From an uncultured Lachnospiraceae bacterium (GTDB lineage Bacteria; Bacillota; Clostridia; Oscillospirales; CAG-272), in assembly GCA_964490165.1 (NCBI GenBank), contig CAZBAR010000001.1, positions 156,213-220,212 on the forward strand: a stretch of 64,000 nucleotides of DNA, in the 5' to 3' direction. The number at the start of each line of letters is the position of its first letter. The first letter of the stretch is position 1. The notes under the pieces are model-generated. The model searched no databases and was not told the origin of the DNA. It saw nothing but the letters and a program-made list of their open reading frames with translations. The position numbers were made by a program, and so were the translations under genes. This document shows, piece after piece, positions 37,498 through 47,688 of the stretch.

Positions 37498-38859
37498 GTG
37501 AGTTTAGTGACAAAGGATCTTACGGTAGGTAAGCCGGGCAAAGTGGTTTTTAAGTTCACACTTCCGCTGCTGATAAGCGTAATATTTCAGCAGATATACA
37601 ATATAGCCGACAGTATGATAGTAGGCAATTTTGCGTCAGACGGCGAGTCGGCTCTTGCGGCAGTGGGCGCTTCATATTCAATAACCATGATATTTGTAGC
37701 GGTTGCTATCGGCGTAAATTCAGGCTGCTCTGTTGTAATATCGCAGCTTTTCGGAAGCAAGAGAAACGAAAGTCTGAAGTGCGCCGTATCAACCTCAGTA
37801 ATCGCAACAGCGGTGCTGTCGGTGATCATGAGCGCAGTGGGACTTGCTTTCTCCGCTCCGCTGCTCAGACTTATCAATACCCCCGAAAATATAATGTCTG
37901 ACAGCAGTTTGTATCTTAATATCTATATTGCAGGCTTCATTTTTCTGTTCCTTTATAATGTCGGAAACGGAATATTTACAGCCCTCGGCGATTCAGTAAC
38001 TCCGCTTGTCTTTCTGATAGCTTCTTCGCTCATCAATATAATTCTGGATCTTGTGTTTGTCTGCTGCTATCATTGGGATGTAGCAGGCGTTGCATGGGCA
38101 ACATTTATAACTCAGGGTGTTGCGGGTGTTTTGTCTATTGCTGCGGCGCTCAGGCGCGTTGCTAAAATAAAAACTGGAAAATATCAGTTATTTTCTTTTA
38201 AGATGCTGGGAACTATAAGCGCTTACGCTGTGCCAAGTGTTTTGCAGCAAAGCTTTATTTCCGTAGGAAATATATTCGTACAAAACCTTGTAAACGGTTT
38301 CGGATCATCTGTTGTTGCGGGATATGCGGCTGCTGTCAAGCTTAACACTTTTTGCCTGACCTGTGTAACCACCTTGGGTAACGGTATTTCAAGCTTCACC
38401 GCACAAAATATCGGAGCAGCCAAGCTTGACAGAGTGCGCAAGGGTGCCTTCAGCGCGGTGACTATGGCGTCGGCAGTTGCTTTGGTATTTGCGGCAGCGT
38501 ATGTGATATTCCCCGAGGGGATGATATCTATGTTTGTGCCCAAAGAGGATATGACGGCAGCGGCTCTTGAAGCCGGCAGAAGATTCCTTGTTATAGTAGC
38601 TCCGTTTTATATAGTTATCGGATGCAAGATCGTCGGCGACGGTGTTTTGCGAGGCGGCGGCGCTATGAAATACTTTATGATAACTACATTTCTTGATCTT
38701 ATACTGCGTGTTGCTCTTGCGTATATTCTTTGCGCCGGACTTCATATGGGATATGTAAGCATATGGGCGTCATGGCCTGTAGGATGGGTAGTCTCGTCAG
38801 CTGTTTCTATCGTGTTCTATTTAACAGGTGCATGGAAGCACGGCAGAGTAGTTGGATAA
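37498..38859 (+). CDS. MATE-family efflux transporter
   Basis: A 12-TM protein of 453 aa with N-terminal ...FTLPLLISVIFQQIYNIADSMIVGNF.... Confidence 0.88.
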   Translation: MSLVTKDLTVGKPGKVVFKFTLPLLISVIFQQIYNIADSMIVGNFASDGESALAAVGASYSITMIFVAVAIGVNSGCSVVISQLFGSKRNESLKCAVSTSVIATAVLSVIMSAVGLAFSAPLLRLINTPENIMSDSSLYLNIYIAGFIFLFLYNVGNGIFTALGDSVTPLVFLIASSLINIILDLVFVCCYHWDVAGVAWATFITQGVAGVLSIAAALRRVAKIKTGKYQLFSFKMLGTISAYAVPSVLQQSFISVGNIFVQNLVNGFGSSVVAGYAAAVKLNTFCLTCVTTLGNGISSFTAQNIGAAKLDRVRKGAFSAVTMASAVALVFAAAYVIFPEGMISMFVPKEDMTAAALEAGRRFLVIVAPFYIVIGCKIVGDGVLRGGGAMKYFMITTFLDLILRVALAYILCAGLHMGYVSIWASWPVGWVVSSAVSIVFYLTGAWKHGRVVG

Positions 38860-38953
38860 GATGTTCACATATTATTTACCGACTGCATATTGACTTGATA
38901 TGTTGCAATATGTTATGATTTTTTTATAAATATTTTGTAGGTAGGTCTCGGAT

Positions 38954-39703
38954 ATGGTCGCAAAAAAAATCGTAGGCATAACGCTGCTCTCGCTTGCGTG
39001 CTCGCTTCTTTTTGCTTGTAAAGGCTCTGAAAATAATATTGCGGGAACTGACATAGGTAAGGATCCTGTGTTAGCAGAGCACCCGTTTAAGGACGGATAT
39101 TATATCAGCGATAACTATACCTTGCAATTTGTGTATATCGGCAACCATACAGAAAATTCATATGGCATCTCCGTTTTAGATAACAATACAGGCTCTGAAG
39201 AATTTTTCGGAGTTGTGTATAACGTGTCACCCACAGCAGTTTGTGTCACGGTACCCGGATACAGCGATCCGTCAGCTATGCTGTTTGCCGATATGACGGT
39301 AAATGAGGACGAACGCTGCGTTATAAAGCTTTCTGATCTCTCAGACAACGGTGTAAGCGCGGCTCTGTGCGGTGAGTATGAATACGGGGGGACCGAGTGG
39401 CAGCCTGAGGCTGCCAAGGAAGCGGGAATATTCACCTCCGGCGTTTATTCAAAGGATAATTTCACTTTGAAGATAGATCGTCAAAATAATGAGATCAGTT
39501 TCAGTATATGTAATGAAAAAGGCAGCGAGGTATTCAACGGTTCATCTTATGTCGGAAATCAGGACACTGTAATGATAGGCAGCGAGAATAACTATTGCCG
39601 TTTTGTAAAGTGCCAGAACGGAGACGGAGTGTACATAGATGTTTCGGCGGTTGGATATTATAAGGATTGTGACTATTTCGGTAAATATGTTCCCACAGAG
39701 TAA
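38954..39703 (+). CDS. Hypothetical lipoprotein
   Basis: Signal peptide with lipobox LLFAC. No family was recognised. Confidence 0.6.
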   Translation: MVAKKIVGITLLSLACSLLFACKGSENNIAGTDIGKDPVLAEHPFKDGYYISDNYTLQFVYIGNHTENSYGISVLDNNTGSEEFFGVVYNVSPTAVCVTVPGYSDPSAMLFADMTVNEDERCVIKLSDLSDNGVSAALCGEYEYGGTEWQPEAAKEAGIFTSGVYSKDNFTLKIDRQNNEISFSICNEKGSEVFNGSSYVGNQDTVMIGSENNYCRFVKCQNGDGVYIDVSAVGYYKDCDYFGKYVPTE

Positions 39704-39751
39704 ATAATTATTTTGCACATTGCGGTGCAAATTTGAAGAGAGGTAAATGAT

Positions 39752-40594
39752 ATGCAAACCTTAGGATACTATAACGGAAAATTCGACGAGCTTGAAAATA
39801 TGACAGTCCCCATGCTGGATCGCGGCTGCTATTTCGGCGACGGTGTGTATGATGCGACTTATGCAAGAAATCATAAGATATTTGCTCTTGAAGAGCACGT
39901 AGACCGCTTTTTCAGAAGCGCCGCTATGCTTGATATTAAAATAACTCAGTCGAAGGAAGAGCTGTGTGAACTGCTACGCCAGATGGTGAAAAAGGTGGAC
40001 AGCCCAGATCAGTTTGTGTATTGGCAGGCAACCAGAGGTACTGCACCTAGAAATCACATATATGATGATTCTATGACGGCAAACATATGGATCATGCTGA
40101 AGCCCGGAACAATCAAGGATAATTATAAAACAGTTTCTCTCAGAACAGCAGAGGATACAAGATTTTATCACTGTAATGTAAAGACCTTAAATCTTATTCC
40201 CAGCGTAATGGCGGCAACTGCTGCGAAGCGCGACAACTGCCAGGAGACCGTGCTTCACAGAGGGGACAGAGTTACCGAATGCTCTCATTGTAATGTTCAT
40301 ATTATAAAGGACGGAGTTTTCCGTACAGCGCCCACAGACTGTCTGATTCTGCCGGGCATAGCAAGAGCGCATCTTATAGGCATCTGCAAAAGAAATGATA
40401 TACCTGTAGACGAAACGGCTTTTACAATTGCCGAAATGATGGACGCCGACGAAGTTATACTGTCAAGTGTAACAGGTATGTGTCTGGCGGCTGATACTGT
40501 TGACGGAAAGAGCGTAGGCGGAAAATCGCCTGAGATACTTGAACTTTTACGCAGGGAAACGCTGGCGGAGTGGTACGCTGCGACGGATATTTGA
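39752..40594 (+). CDS. dat: D-amino-acid (D-alanine) aminotransferase, class IV
   Basis: ...DRGCYFGDGVYD..., ...HCNVKTLNLIPSVMA... and ...ILPGIAR... are class-IV PLP aminotransferase motifs. Confidence 0.85.
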   Translation: MQTLGYYNGKFDELENMTVPMLDRGCYFGDGVYDATYARNHKIFALEEHVDRFFRSAAMLDIKITQSKEELCELLRQMVKKVDSPDQFVYWQATRGTAPRNHIYDDSMTANIWIMLKPGTIKDNYKTVSLRTAEDTRFYHCNVKTLNLIPSVMAATAAKRDNCQETVLHRGDRVTECSHCNVHIIKDGVFRTAPTDCLILPGIARAHLIGICKRNDIPVDETAFTIAEMMDADEVILSSVTGMCLAADTVDGKSVGGKSPEILELLRRETLAEWYAATDI

Positions 40595-40642
40595 GTATAA
40601 ATCATATTCGTCATTTGACAACTTTGAGACGAGGTGTGCTAT

Positions 40643-41794
40643 ATGGAATATCAAAGAGTATATGCTAAAATAGATATTTCGGCAATTGAAAAAAATATAG
40701 CCGGGGTACGGAGAAGAATCTCCGATTCAACTAAAATAATGGCTATAGTAAAAGCGGATGCTTACGGTCACGGCTCGGCAGTGTTGGCTTCCGAGATAGA
40801 AAGAGCGGTAGATTGGTTCGGTGTCTCAAACGTCAGCGAAGCTGTTGAACTCAGAAGAGCAGGCGTTGCCTCACCCATCCTTGTGCTGGGTCATGTAGAT
40901 CCATGTGAATTTTCTACATCTGTAAAAAATAATGTAACGCTGGCAATGTTCGATTATACGGATGCAAAAAAACTGTCGGAGACAGCGGCGAAGTTTGGTA
41001 AAACTGTTGATATACATATAAAGGTAGATACCGGAATGTCGCGTATCGGCTACAGTGTTTGCGAGAGAAGTGCTGATGAGGTTGCTCGGATAGTATCGCT
41101 TCCCAATCTGTCTGTAACAGGCATATTTACCCATTTTGCCCGTGCCGACGAGAGCGATAAAAGCTCTGCTGAAACGCAGATAAACGCTTTTGAATTATTT
41201 AACAAAATGCTTGCAGATCGCGGCGTTACCATACCGATCAGACATACTATGAACAGCGCGGGAATAATGGAGCTTGATACACCGTATGAGATGGTGCGTA
41301 TGGGAATAATGCTGTACGGTCAGTATCCCTCAGATGAAATGGACAGATCGTATAAGCTGTATCCGGCAATGCAGCTTATCAGCAGCGTTTCTATGGTGAA
41401 AAGCCTTGATGCCGGAGTTGGCATCAGCTACGGACATACTTATGTAACTGACAAACCTACAAAGGTTGCAACTGTTCCTGTTGGATATGCTGACGGATAT
41501 CCGCGGTGCCTTTCAAATAAGGGCCATGTGCTTATCGGTGGTAAGAGATGTCCTGTAGTCGGCCGCGTTTGTATGGATCAAATGATGGTAGATGTGTCTG
41601 AGTTGAATAACGTATCAGTCGGTGATGAGGTTGTCCTGTTCGGAGAGCAGAACGGCGAATATTTGTCTTGCGACGAGGTCGCTGCGGCAGCAAATACTAT
41701 CAGCTATGAGCTTTTGTGCAGTATTTCGAGGCGTGTTCCGCGTGTTTATTATAAGAACGGTGAATCCGTAAAAACAGTTTCCTACATTATTTAA
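40643..41794 (+). CDS. alr: Alanine racemase
   Basis: ...MAIVKADAYGHG... (PLP Lys) and ...VGYADGYPR.... ATG at 40643. Confidence 0.93.
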   Translation: MEYQRVYAKIDISAIEKNIAGVRRRISDSTKIMAIVKADAYGHGSAVLASEIERAVDWFGVSNVSEAVELRRAGVASPILVLGHVDPCEFSTSVKNNVTLAMFDYTDAKKLSETAAKFGKTVDIHIKVDTGMSRIGYSVCERSADEVARIVSLPNLSVTGIFTHFARADESDKSSAETQINAFELFNKMLADRGVTIPIRHTMNSAGIMELDTPYEMVRMGIMLYGQYPSDEMDRSYKLYPAMQLISSVSMVKSLDAGVGISYGHTYVTDKPTKVATVPVGYADGYPRCLSNKGHVLIGGKRCPVVGRVCMDQMMVDVSELNNVSVGDEVVLFGEQNGEYLSCDEVAAAANTISYELLCSISRRVPRVYYKNGESVKTVSYII

Positions 41795-41921
41795 TATGGT
41801 ATATTGTCGTCAGTACCCAAAATATTGCGGTATTAGCGGCTCATATAATCAACATATATAGTTTCAGGGAAAAATATTCATGATTTTTTGTAAATTTCCT
41901 AAAGATATTGTATAAATCCAC

Positions 41922-41950
41922 TTGACATTTCATCAATTTTGGTTTATACT
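41922..41950 (+). promoter_or_regulatory. Sigma-A-type promoter
   Basis: TTGACA, a 17-nt spacer, then TATACT, upstream of the cohesin-like gene. Confidence 0.5.
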
Positions 41951-41986
41951 CTGTGTGTATAAGAAATTTAACATGGAGGTTAAATC

Positions 41987-43162
41987 ATGAAGAAAATTCT
42001 TTCAGTTCTTCTCCTTGCTGCAATGATGGTCGGCTGTATAATGCCTACTCTCGTAAGCGCGGCAGGTGATCAGCTGACCGTGGTCGTTAAGGGTCCTGCA
42101 GAAGTTGCAGTTTGGGATGAGAGCGTAGATCTCGACATCCAGTTGATCAACAATGACGACTCCGGTATTTGGGGTATGACACTTGTAGTTGCATACACCA
42201 GCGGATGGAGTGTTGACAGTATCGTAAACGGCACTCTTTGGGATGACGGTGAGTTCGGTGCCAACGCTGCTCCTGCTCCCAGTGCATATGCCAAGGCTCT
42301 TGCAGACTTCGGTTTTGATGCAAACGGCTATGACTTCGCTATTATCGATCTTCAGAAAGCAAACGCAAATGACGCATTGGTTACTGAAGACGGTGTTGTT
42401 GCAAGCATAAAGCTTAATGCACCCGCGGCTCTTAATGAGGGCGATACCCTTGACGTAAAGATAATTTACGACAAGAACGGTCCTATGACTGTTGTAGACG
42501 GTAAGCCTGTAGACGTAGCACCTGCTGTTGGAAACTACGCTACTACAGTTTGCATCCCCGAGGGTGTTCCCGCAACTTTAGTAGCTAGTACAGAAGCAAA
42601 TGTAAACGATGGTATCCTTGCTGTTGAAGTTAACGCAGCTAATCTGCCCGCAGTAACAGCTATGGGTGTAACGGGTATTACATATGATAAGTCAGTCCTT
42701 ACATTTACAGGCGGCGTTTGGGCAGTAGAAGATCCTACCATCGGCGACTTCAATGTTGAAGATGAGACTGCTGCTATTATGTTTACTGAAGCTACTGATG
42801 TGAATGATACCGTATGTGTTCTTTTCTTTGCAATTAACCCTGAGATTACTGAAGTAGTAACTACTACTGTGAAGGTTGACTTTACAGCAAGAGCGGTTAA
42901 TGCAGAGGGCACTGAAGAGAATGTTGAAGTTAAGTCTGTTGCCGGCGTTGTTACCATTACAACTACTAAACCCGGTGATATAGACGGTGACGGCGTTCCG
43001 GGAACCTTTGACGATCTGTTTGAGTTCTTGGATGCTATTATGGATGACGTGTATGAGGATAACTATGATTCCAGCGTTGACTTCGATGGCAACGGCGTAA
43101 TAAACTTCGACGATGTATATGAGTTCCTTGATGGAATTATGGCAGGCGATTACGAAGAATAA
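41987..43162 (+). CDS. Secreted protein with cohesin-like modules and a C-terminal dockerin-like duplicated Ca-binding segment
   Basis: A signal peptide, and beta-rich modules (VVVKGPAEVAVWDESVDLDIQLINNDDSGIWGMTLVVAY...). The C-terminus is PGDIDGDGVPGTFDDLFEFLD...VDFDGNGVINFDDVYEFLDG. Confidence 0.6.
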   Translation: MKKILSVLLLAAMMVGCIMPTLVSAAGDQLTVVVKGPAEVAVWDESVDLDIQLINNDDSGIWGMTLVVAYTSGWSVDSIVNGTLWDDGEFGANAAPAPSAYAKALADFGFDANGYDFAIIDLQKANANDALVTEDGVVASIKLNAPAALNEGDTLDVKIIYDKNGPMTVVDGKPVDVAPAVGNYATTVCIPEGVPATLVASTEANVNDGILAVEVNAANLPAVTAMGVTGITYDKSVLTFTGGVWAVEDPTIGDFNVEDETAAIMFTEATDVNDTVCVLFFAINPEITEVVTTTVKVDFTARAVNAEGTEENVEVKSVAGVVTITTTKPGDIDGDGVPGTFDDLFEFLDAIMDDVYEDNYDSSVDFDGNGVINFDDVYEFLDGIMAGDYEE

Positions 43163-43238
43163 TCAAATATTGGATCGTATAAATCTGGTTGATTGATTTG
43201 TTTTTCGTGATTATAAATTTTAGAAAGAGGATAAAAAA

Positions 43239-44402
43239 ATGAAAAAGTGTTTAGCTTTTCTTCTGTGCGCACTTATGGTAATTTGTGCGTCAGTTTCGGT
43301 GTTTGCAGCTAACGAAGCTGCTACAGTGACCTATACAGCTGATAAAGCTGAGGTTAAGCGTGGTGAAACAGTTACCGTGACTGTTTCTATCAGCGGATTT
43401 GATGTTGTACAGGCTGCAGGCCTCAACTTCAATGATTTCCTTGCTGAATACGGTGATACATTTGAAATAGCAAATGCTGATGATGTAAATGCCGTTGGTG
43501 TGTTGGCTACCGGTACCGGTAACTATAATCCTACCAAGCAGACTGTAAACTATGCGCTGAGATCTAATACCAGCCTTGAAGGCGCTATCTATACTGTTGT
43601 TCTTACTGCAAAAGCTGATGCAAAGCTTGATCAGATAAACATCCAGTTTGTATCTACAGTTAAGTACACTGATGAGAACAAGAAGACTCCCTCTATCGAG
43701 CATGCTGTTGTACCTGTAGCTGTAAAGGTTGTTTGCGCTGAGCACACACCCGGTGAGGCAGTTGTAACTGACGCTACTTGCACAGAAGCTGGTAGCAAGG
43801 TTGTTACCTGCGTAGATTGCGGCACAGTTATTGTTAATGAAGTTATTCCTGCAAAGGGTCACACTCCCGCTGCTGCTGAAGTAACTAAGGCTCCTACCTG
43901 CACTGAGACTGGTGTTTCTACTGTTAAGTGCTCAGTATGCGATGCAGTAGTCAGCACAGAGACTATTCCTGCTCTCGGCCACACTGTTGAAGAGTGGACT
44001 GTAGATGCTGAGCCTACCTGCACTGAGGAAGGTAGCAAGACCGGCGTATGCTCCGTTTGCGGCGCTGAGGTTGTTGAGGCTATCCCCGCTCTTGGTCATG
44101 ACTGGGTTGCAGGCGAGACTGTAGAGCCTACTGAGGATGCTGAAGGCTACACCGAGTACACCTGCTCTGTATGCGGCGAGACAAAGAAGGACGACATCGT
44201 TCCTGCTCTCGGTGCTGCTCAGACTCCTGCTGACTCCGATAAGCCCGCTGATTCCAATAAGCCTGCTGACTCCAGCAAGCCTGCTGATTCCAGCAAGCCT
44301 GCAATGGGCGATGATATGATCTTCGCAGTAGTTGTTCTTGCTGTTGTAGCTTGCGCTTCTGCTTCCGTTATCGTTATCAGACGTAGAAAGGCTAGCAAGT
44401 AA
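43239..44402 (+). CDS. Membrane-anchored surface protein: cohesin-like module, five Cys-containing repeats, a PADSxK linker and a C-terminal TM anchor
   Basis: A signal peptide and the module TVTYTADKAEVKRGETVTVTVSISGFDVVQAAGLNF. There are five repeats of roughly 37 aa with the pattern GHT-x8-10-(P/A)TCTE-x-G-x5-C-x2-C. These are followed by (PADSxK)x4 and the C-terminal MIFAVVVLAVVACASASVIVIRRRK. Confidence 0.6.
   Translation: MKKCLAFLLCALMVICASVSVFAANEAATVTYTADKAEVKRGETVTVTVSISGFDVVQAAGLNFNDFLAEYGDTFEIANADDVNAVGVLATGTGNYNPTKQTVNYALRSNTSLEGAIYTVVLTAKADAKLDQINIQFVSTVKYTDENKKTPSIEHAVVPVAVKVVCAEHTPGEAVVTDATCTEAGSKVVTCVDCGTVIVNEVIPAKGHTPAAAEVTKAPTCTETGVSTVKCSVCDAVVSTETIPALGHTVEEWTVDAEPTCTEEGSKTGVCSVCGAEVVEAIPALGHDWVAGETVEPTEDAEGYTEYTCSVCGETKKDDIVPALGAAQTPADSDKPADSNKPADSSKPADSSKPAMGDDMIFAVVVLAVVACASASVIVIRRRKASK
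44226..44297 (+). repeat. 18-bp in-frame tandem repeat x4 (PADS[D/N/S]K)
   Basis: CCTGCTGACTCCGATAAG / CCCGCTGATTCCAATAAG / CCTGCTGACTCCAGCAAG / CCTGCTGATTCCAGCAAG. Confidence 0.9.
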
Positions 44403-44427
44403 TTTTACTTGTAAAACTAATACTTAA

Positions 44428-44461
44428 AAGAAAGCGAGCCGCTTTGCGGCTCGCTTTCTTG
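44428..44461 (+). terminator. Rho-independent terminator
   Basis: AAGAAAGCGAGCCGC-ttt-GCGGCTCGCTTTCTT. Confidence 0.8.
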
Positions 44462-44518
44462 TTGATCTTTTGGAAGCTATATGCTATAATTCATAGTAGA
44501 ATTTTGGGAGGCGATAAT

Positions 44519-45319
44519 ATGATAATCGATTTTCACACACATGTATTTCCTGATAAGGTGGCTGAGCGTGCCGTATCTTCAATGGTTGCAAACGGTAATT
44601 TTACTCCTCACACCAACGGCACTGTATCAGGACTTCGCAGTTCAATGGCAGACGGTGGTGTAGATGCATCTGTTGTTCTCCCTGTTGTGACTAGTCCCAG
44701 ACAGTTTGACAGTGTAAATCGCTTTGCTGCCGAGATCAACGGAGTCGGGGGACTTTATTCTTTCGGCGGTATACACCCGGACAATGACAATATAGAGCAG
44801 CGCCTTGATTATATAAAGTCTCTCGGGCTTCGCGGAATTAAGATTCACCCTGATTTTCAGGATACATATATTGATGATGACCGCTATGTGAGGATTATTT
44901 CACACTGTGTTAAGATAGGCCTGTATGTATGTACTCATTCCGGATTTGACGGTTGCTATCTTAATAATGTTCATTGTACCCCCGACAGAATTCTTTCCCT
45001 GCTGTCAAAGCTTCCCGCGCACAGTGAACCCAGACTCATACTTGCTCATATAGGTGCTGTGGGAATGTTTGATGAGGTCGAGGAAAAGCTTGTGGGAACG
45101 AATGTGTATTTTGATACAGCTTATTGCCTTGATATGATAGACAGATCACAGCTTATGCGAATTATCGAAAACCACGGCAGTGACAGGATCCTGTTTGCTA
45201 CAGACTCTCCGTGGAAATCACAGAAAAGTTTCTTTGAAATATTCAATTCCCTTGAATTATCAGATTGTGATCGCGAAAAAATAGCGCATATAAACGCCGA
45301 AAAAATATTGGGCATTTGA
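44519..45319 (+). CDS. Amidohydrolase-family (TIM-barrel metal-dependent hydrolase) protein
   Basis: MIIDFHTHVFP... with later H/D metal ligands (...ILAHIG..., ...FATDSPW). ATG at 44519 follows GGGAGG. Confidence 0.75.
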   Translation: MIIDFHTHVFPDKVAERAVSSMVANGNFTPHTNGTVSGLRSSMADGGVDASVVLPVVTSPRQFDSVNRFAAEINGVGGLYSFGGIHPDNDNIEQRLDYIKSLGLRGIKIHPDFQDTYIDDDRYVRIISHCVKIGLYVCTHSGFDGCYLNNVHCTPDRILSLLSKLPAHSEPRLILAHIGAVGMFDEVEEKLVGTNVYFDTAYCLDMIDRSQLMRIIENHGSDRILFATDSPWKSQKSFFEIFNSLELSDCDREKIAHINAEKILGI

Positions 45320-45386
45320 ATGGTTGTGTGACAGTTTTCCTTTGGCATCATATAATGTGTATGAAACTACATATTTGGAGAGTTTT

Positions 45387-46022
45387 ATGGAAAACGAATA
45401 CTATCCTTTTGTTAATCTGCCACTTGATTATGCTTACAATGCGCTTGAACCTTATATCGATGAAAAAACCATGATGCTTCACCATGACAGGCATTTGCAG
45501 AAGTATATTGATGAATTGAATTCTGTTCTTGCGGAAAATCCGCGGCTGGCGGAACTGTCTCTTGAAGAACTTGTGCGTGTTGCACCGATGCTGCCCCTAA
45601 CAGTCAGAAAAGCCGTGCGCGATAACGCAGGTGGTGTGTATAATCACAGAATGTTTTTTGACGGCCTTGCTCCCGCGGATAGCTTTGAAACTACCGGGGC
45701 TCTCGGTGAGGCTATTGTTAAAAAATACGGTAGCTTTGAGGGCTTTTATAAGGCGGTAAGCGATGCGGCGCTGTCAGTATTCGGCTCAGGCTATGCTTGG
45801 CTTGTAAACGGTAGAGACGGCCTTGAGATAATAACTACTGCAAATCAGGATACACCGCTTACACGGGATCTTTGTCCTATAATTCCGCTTGACGTGTGGG
45901 AGCACGCATATTACTTAAAGCACTATAATGATCGCGCTGATTATATTGACGACTTTTTCAAGGTCATCAATTGGAACGCGGCAAATAAGAGATATACTGA
46001 ATGTAAGAGCGTAAACAGATAG
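45387..46022 (+). CDS. sodA: Fe/Mn superoxide dismutase
   Basis: ...LPLDYAYNALEPYIDEKTMMLHHDRHLQKYI... and ...DVWEHAYYLKHYNDRADYI. Confidence 0.92.
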   Translation: MENEYYPFVNLPLDYAYNALEPYIDEKTMMLHHDRHLQKYIDELNSVLAENPRLAELSLEELVRVAPMLPLTVRKAVRDNAGGVYNHRMFFDGLAPADSFETTGALGEAIVKKYGSFEGFYKAVSDAALSVFGSGYAWLVNGRDGLEIITTANQDTPLTRDLCPIIPLDVWEHAYYLKHYNDRADYIDDFFKVINWNAANKRYTECKSVNR

Positions 46023-46029
46023 TGAAAAG

Positions 46030-46056
46030 CCTCCGACTTTTGTCGGAGGTTTTTTA
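46030..46056. terminator. Bidirectional terminator
   Basis: CCTCCGAC-tttt-GTCGGAGG followed by TTTTTT, between convergent genes. Confidence 0.85.
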
Positions 46057-46077
46057 TACACACGCTATAATTTTACT

Positions 46078-47688
46078 TCAAGCTTTATTTATTTTTTTCA
46101 TAATACTTTCAATAGATAGCCCGTACTTTTCGGCAATGTCGCGTGCGTAGCTCTTTCCGTCGGGGGTCTTTCTGACTATCCTGAAGCTGCGCTTGCCGCC
46201 TGTTACCTCAGCTACCATATTGTCTATGGCAACTCCGCCGCGTGGCAGACATTCATTGTTTATCTTGTCAACGGATGCCGCAAGATCGTGCAGATGAGTA
46301 GAGAATATGCCGCGAAGCCGCGCCATACTAAAGCCCTGCAAAACCTCTGCCGCAATATATGCACCTTCATATGACCCTGTGGAGGACAGCGACTCATCAA
46401 GCAGCACAAGACTTTTTTCTGTTACACTGTCAAAAATTCTGCAAAGCCTTGCACATTCCTCGCCCAGTCTGCCTTTTTCAACAGTGTCCTCACTTCCCGT
46501 AGGGAAGTGAGTAAGTATTTTATCACAGGGAGAGATAACAACGTTCTCGGCAACTACGGGCAGTCCCATCTGTGCCATAGCAAAGGCATGACCCACAGCG
46601 CAGGTCAGAACGCTTTTTCCGCCGCGGTTAGGACCTGTTATAACATATATCATTGCACTGTCGTCAAAGGTTATGTCATTCGCCACAAGCTCTGCGTCTG
46701 TTTTTAATGCTATAACAGGATTGCAAAGCCCCTTAGCCATAAAATAATTGCTGCTGTTCTCTGTGATCTCAGGCGTACACATCGGGCAGCCGCGTTCCCT
46801 GAGCTTTTTTATAAGAGTCGCACCGTGCGTCACGAATTCTATCTCAGGTATCATACGGATAAGAAAATCCGTGTTGTCAAGCACATATCCGCGAATGACC
46901 TTTTTCCACGACTTTACCGATGCCTTGAATACATCGGATATGGCGTTATTTGCAGCGTTTATCATTGCCAGCCGCTGATTTTCGGGCTGAACTCTTGAAT
47001 ACGGTATCAGCTCTGCCATACAGGTCATATCATCTTTCTTGAAATCAAGTCGGCGCACCTTGTCGAAAAATTCGCCGCTTTTGAATTTTTCGCTGTTTAT
47101 GCTGATAACTCCGCAGGACTCGGGAGACATAGCTCCGTCAAGATTTATTCCCACAGTAATACTTCTTATATCGCGGACTCGTGACGCAAGGGTGCCCAGA
47201 TTTTCGCAGAGATCCTTGAAATACTCACTGCCGGTAAGTACCCGTATTTTTTCACAAAGCGTTTTCAGGGCAGGGGAGGTCACTTTATCGGAATACGGCA
47301 AAAGCTCTTCACTCAGCATCTGCATAAGTGAAACATATATTTCTATCTCTGAAATACTGTATAAATAGTCGTCGCTGATGCTGCCTCCGCTGAGTCTGCG
47401 CAACTCGGTAATGTCAGTAAGAAAAGGCAGCATATCAGTGAGAATTTTTGATATCTCCGGGTTTTCTTCAATATCCCTGAAGGTTTTTTGACGGTAACGT
47501 ATTACCTCGGGTTCAGCGGTGAAAAATGAGCCGATGCGTCTTTCATTAAGGTCAAGCAGGGTGTAAAGTCCCAGCTGCTCTGCGTCATCGTCTGATATAC
47601 CCATAATATCGGTCTCATATTTCTCAGCCGGGAAAAGAAGACTTATATATTCTCTGTTTTCCGTATCGGTATGCAGCGTTTTTTCCAT
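46078..47688 (-). CDS. MutS-family ATPase (domain V only) paralogue
   Basis: ITGPNRGGKSVLTCAVG (Walker A), LVLLDESLSSTGSYEG (Walker B) and STHLHDL. No mismatch-recognition N-terminal domain is apparent. Confidence 0.8.
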   Translation of the reverse strand: MEKTLHTDTENREYISLLFPAEKYETDIMGISDDDAEQLGLYTLLDLNERRIGSFFTAEPEVIRYRQKTFRDIEENPEISKILTDMLPFLTDITELRRLSGGSISDDYLYSISEIEIYVSLMQMLSEELLPYSDKVTSPALKTLCEKIRVLTGSEYFKDLCENLGTLASRVRDIRSITVGINLDGAMSPESCGVISINSEKFKSGEFFDKVRRLDFKKDDMTCMAELIPYSRVQPENQRLAMINAANNAISDVFKASVKSWKKVIRGYVLDNTDFLIRMIPEIEFVTHGATLIKKLRERGCPMCTPEITENSSNYFMAKGLCNPVIALKTDAELVANDITFDDSAMIYVITGPNRGGKSVLTCAVGHAFAMAQMGLPVVAENVVISPCDKILTHFPTGSEDTVEKGRLGEECARLCRIFDSVTEKSLVLLDESLSSTGSYEGAYIAAEVLQGFSMARLRGIFSTHLHDLAASVDKINNECLPRGGVAIDNMVAEVTGGKRSFRIVRKTPDGKSYARDIAEKYGLSIESIMKKINKA

